DNA of 55,611 nt from Catajapyx aquilonaris (lineage: Eukaryota), in contig KZ537970.1 in NCBI GenBank assembly GCA_000934665.2, positions 186,001 to 241,611 on the forward strand, given 5' to 3'. How positions within the stretch are numbered: the stretch's first letter is position 1; every line of letters starts with the position of its first letter. Shown here piece after piece: positions 53,074-55,611 of this stretch. The position numbers were made by a program, and so were the translations under genes. The notes beneath the pieces are model-generated. The model ran no database searches, was not told the origin of the DNA, and worked only from the letters and a program-made list of their open reading frames with translations.

Positions 53074-55611
53074 AAAATGTGCGGAGGAATAAAACTTTTC
53101 TCTCGGTTACCTTTCTCACTTTTGCTCACTCGTTTGATCTGAATTTTTGTTTTTCGTGCGGCGTAAAAAGGTGACATATGGTGGTTGACGAGGTTATCGG
53201 ATACTCCCACGGTCGAAGCCACGCGCCTGCTAATGCACCTGGGGAGGATGGCTTGCCCATATGTTAGTCGCAAAGCATGATCAGGAAATGGAAAATTCCT
53301 CGACGTCAGGATATAGGTATACCACGGAATAAATTGATATAACTTAATATTATTTATTATTATTACTTTGCCTGCTTCTGGGTAGTGGTCAACTACGTGC
53401 ATGTTTTTCTCTGTCGCGGCTGATGTCACCCGCATCAGCAATGGGCAACAATGGATAATAAAATCGATTATATCTCAAAAACTCGTATTTCTTCAAACAA
53501 AAAAACTTCAAAATTCATTAAAAAATACGCACGGTTTTTTTACATGGGTTTTCAAAATGTAGGTATTGAATAATATGCATTGAATGGCAATAATTTTGCA
53601 GGTCAGACACTCCTGCAGACGTTAAGAAGGATAGGTCTACGTGGTACTGTACACGCAGCCTAATATTAGTCATAGAAGCATTTAATATCCACCTAAGGTA
53701 ACTATATGTAAAAGTAACTGCTGAAAATATCCAGCTAACTGTCAAAAATCGCTAACTATAACGGGCATTTCAGTTGGAATACCCTACAATCCTTCATTAT
53801 ATCTAATGATACCGTGACCGGCGTGATGGCAAAGTAAAATTTAAAAATGCATAGGCTATAGGCGGTACAGTAACGATTATACTGTATAGTGGATACTATA
53901 GTAAGCCTCTGTATTGTCTTAGATTTTCTTATGTTACTGTCAAGAGACTGTTTTTCAAGGCTGAAGGTAGAATGTAGGCTGTACACTGATGCCATTTGAA
54001 GATTTTGCACATCTTCACAGTATGTCGTATATAGCCTCAAATATCACTGTCATCGATTTTTTTTTGTTATTGCCGTTTAAAAGCGAGTTCATAATATTAT
54101 ATTCTACAGAATAATGGCTCTGCCAGAGATTCAGAAATGCAGATTGACACTCTCAGTCAGGAAGTACAGTAGCCTATACATTCCAGAATTTTAAAGCGCT
54201 GAGAGAATGTTCTTGCAGTGCGTCAACTACTGCCTATTTCCATTCATGGAGGTGTTGGCACTGTTGGGTTTGGGTGATTGCACTTCAGCAACCTGGTCCA
54301 CTTGCAGTTTTTCTGCATTTTAAATTTTCACTTTACTCCTTCTGGGTGAGGCTGAAAGGCATGATTTCATCTCCAGCTTGTCACATTTACGTCGTTAGGA
54401 GGCCCTGGGCATACAAAGAGCCAACAGCATTTGGCACGAGTGTGAATCTGTGAATGTCACTCACAGATGTGCGACAGTTGTGACGTTGGTCGGGTTTTGT
54501 AATGTCATCTGAGCATTTGGCCCGCACAAGCTTTCTGATAACACAAGTTTAGAAATCCCAACATCGATTAAGAACTTCGTCCTGCTGTTGGCTTTTGGCC
54601 ACAAGCAATCCAAAATAGACTAAACACGTGCTCAGGTTGTATTTATTTCTTTTAGGTGTACCTTTGTAATCTAGGCACCTAAAGTTAACAACAAAAACAA
54701 CTACGGAATGATGATGATGATACGAGCATAAAAGCCTGTGAAAGGCAATATTGCGCATTATTTTTTTAAAAAATGTCTACCTGACACAAGTGGAATGATT
54801 ATTTTACTAATGATATTTGAATGTTGCATAAAAATGTTGTAATATCACAGAATTCTCCAATCTCGGCATATAAAATCTCCCAAATCTCCCACAGAGCCTC
54901 CTGTCAATGACTAGATTTCAGCCTTGATCCGTCCCATATGACCGTCTCCACTTGTTCCGGTTCAACATCCACTTGTTGCCATTACACATTTTTTTGACCC
55001 CCCATCTCCTAATTCACATAATGGATTTAAATGACTGTCACTTAAGGAAACACAAATTAACGCCCTAATTGCTTGATTATTCCACCGCGAGGCTGAACTG
55101 GCGTAGTCGACTAGGGTCATTCGGTTCCGCAGACATGACCTTTGGTCGTGTAAAAAAAAAAAATGCAGATTTGAAAACCATCCGGATTCCGCAACCAGGA
55201 AGCACAGTCTGGTCATCCCATGTGACCCCCATCGGCATGTAGATTCTTAGGTGACACAGTTTAACTCCTATTTCTGCACCAGCCAGTAGATCAGAATCCG
55301 CAAGCAGCAGCAGTCTATTTTCGCATCACACTGCTTGTGCCTGGTAGAGTGTGTGCAAGCAAACAGCAGAGCGGGCCAGTTCTTTCCGGGATGGCTCCAA
55401 CCAAGGGTCCAATACTCCAGGTGACCTGACCTGATTGAACTGTTCACCAGCATTAGGATGCTAAATACCTGTCTGCTTTTTTTATTTTGTTATTTTTAGT
55501 GTTTGGTGCTGATTTTAGCAGCTGTGCCGCTGGCCAGCCCCAGTCAAAATATCCATATGGATGATACATATGGATATCGTGTTGTTTTCGGTACACCAAA
55601 TCAACACAACA

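Noticed and set aside
54200..55450. GC-richer patches with an FN3-like 'PGPPNDVNVTSW' peptide
   Set aside because: All frames are interrupted by stops, with no coherent exon structure or family match.

Overview
This is eukaryotic (invertebrate, probably arthropod) genomic DNA with many short introns of about 60-100 nt. Minus strand: a partial P-glycoprotein (ABCB1-like) paralog, a complete tandem ABCB1-like gene, D-glucuronyl C5-epimerase (GLCE) and ethanolamine-phosphate cytidylyltransferase (PCYT2). These are followed by PNPO (+) convergent with METTL18 (-), a bidirectional promoter driving METTL18 and the TFIIIC subunit GTF3C4 (+), NeuroD (-) and enkurin (+). The most unusual structure is an intronless ITFG1/LINKIN gene nested on the same strand inside intron 1 of GTF3C4, with a splice acceptor in frame with GTF3C4 coding exon 1, so two unrelated proteins may share one promoter and first exon. 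A parallel but more speculative arrangement may link PCYT2 and GLCE. Non-canonical introns are frequent: an AT-AC U12 intron (GTF3C4), a GT-AG U12 intron (METTL18) and two consecutive GC-AG introns (GLCE). Also present are a young tRNA-derived SINE with a 17-bp TSD, a Tigger-like MITE, a foreign-looking GC-rich insert and an X-box plus forkhead motif pair before enkurin. Gene models were assembled by hand, and family calls rest on recalled motifs rather than database searches.
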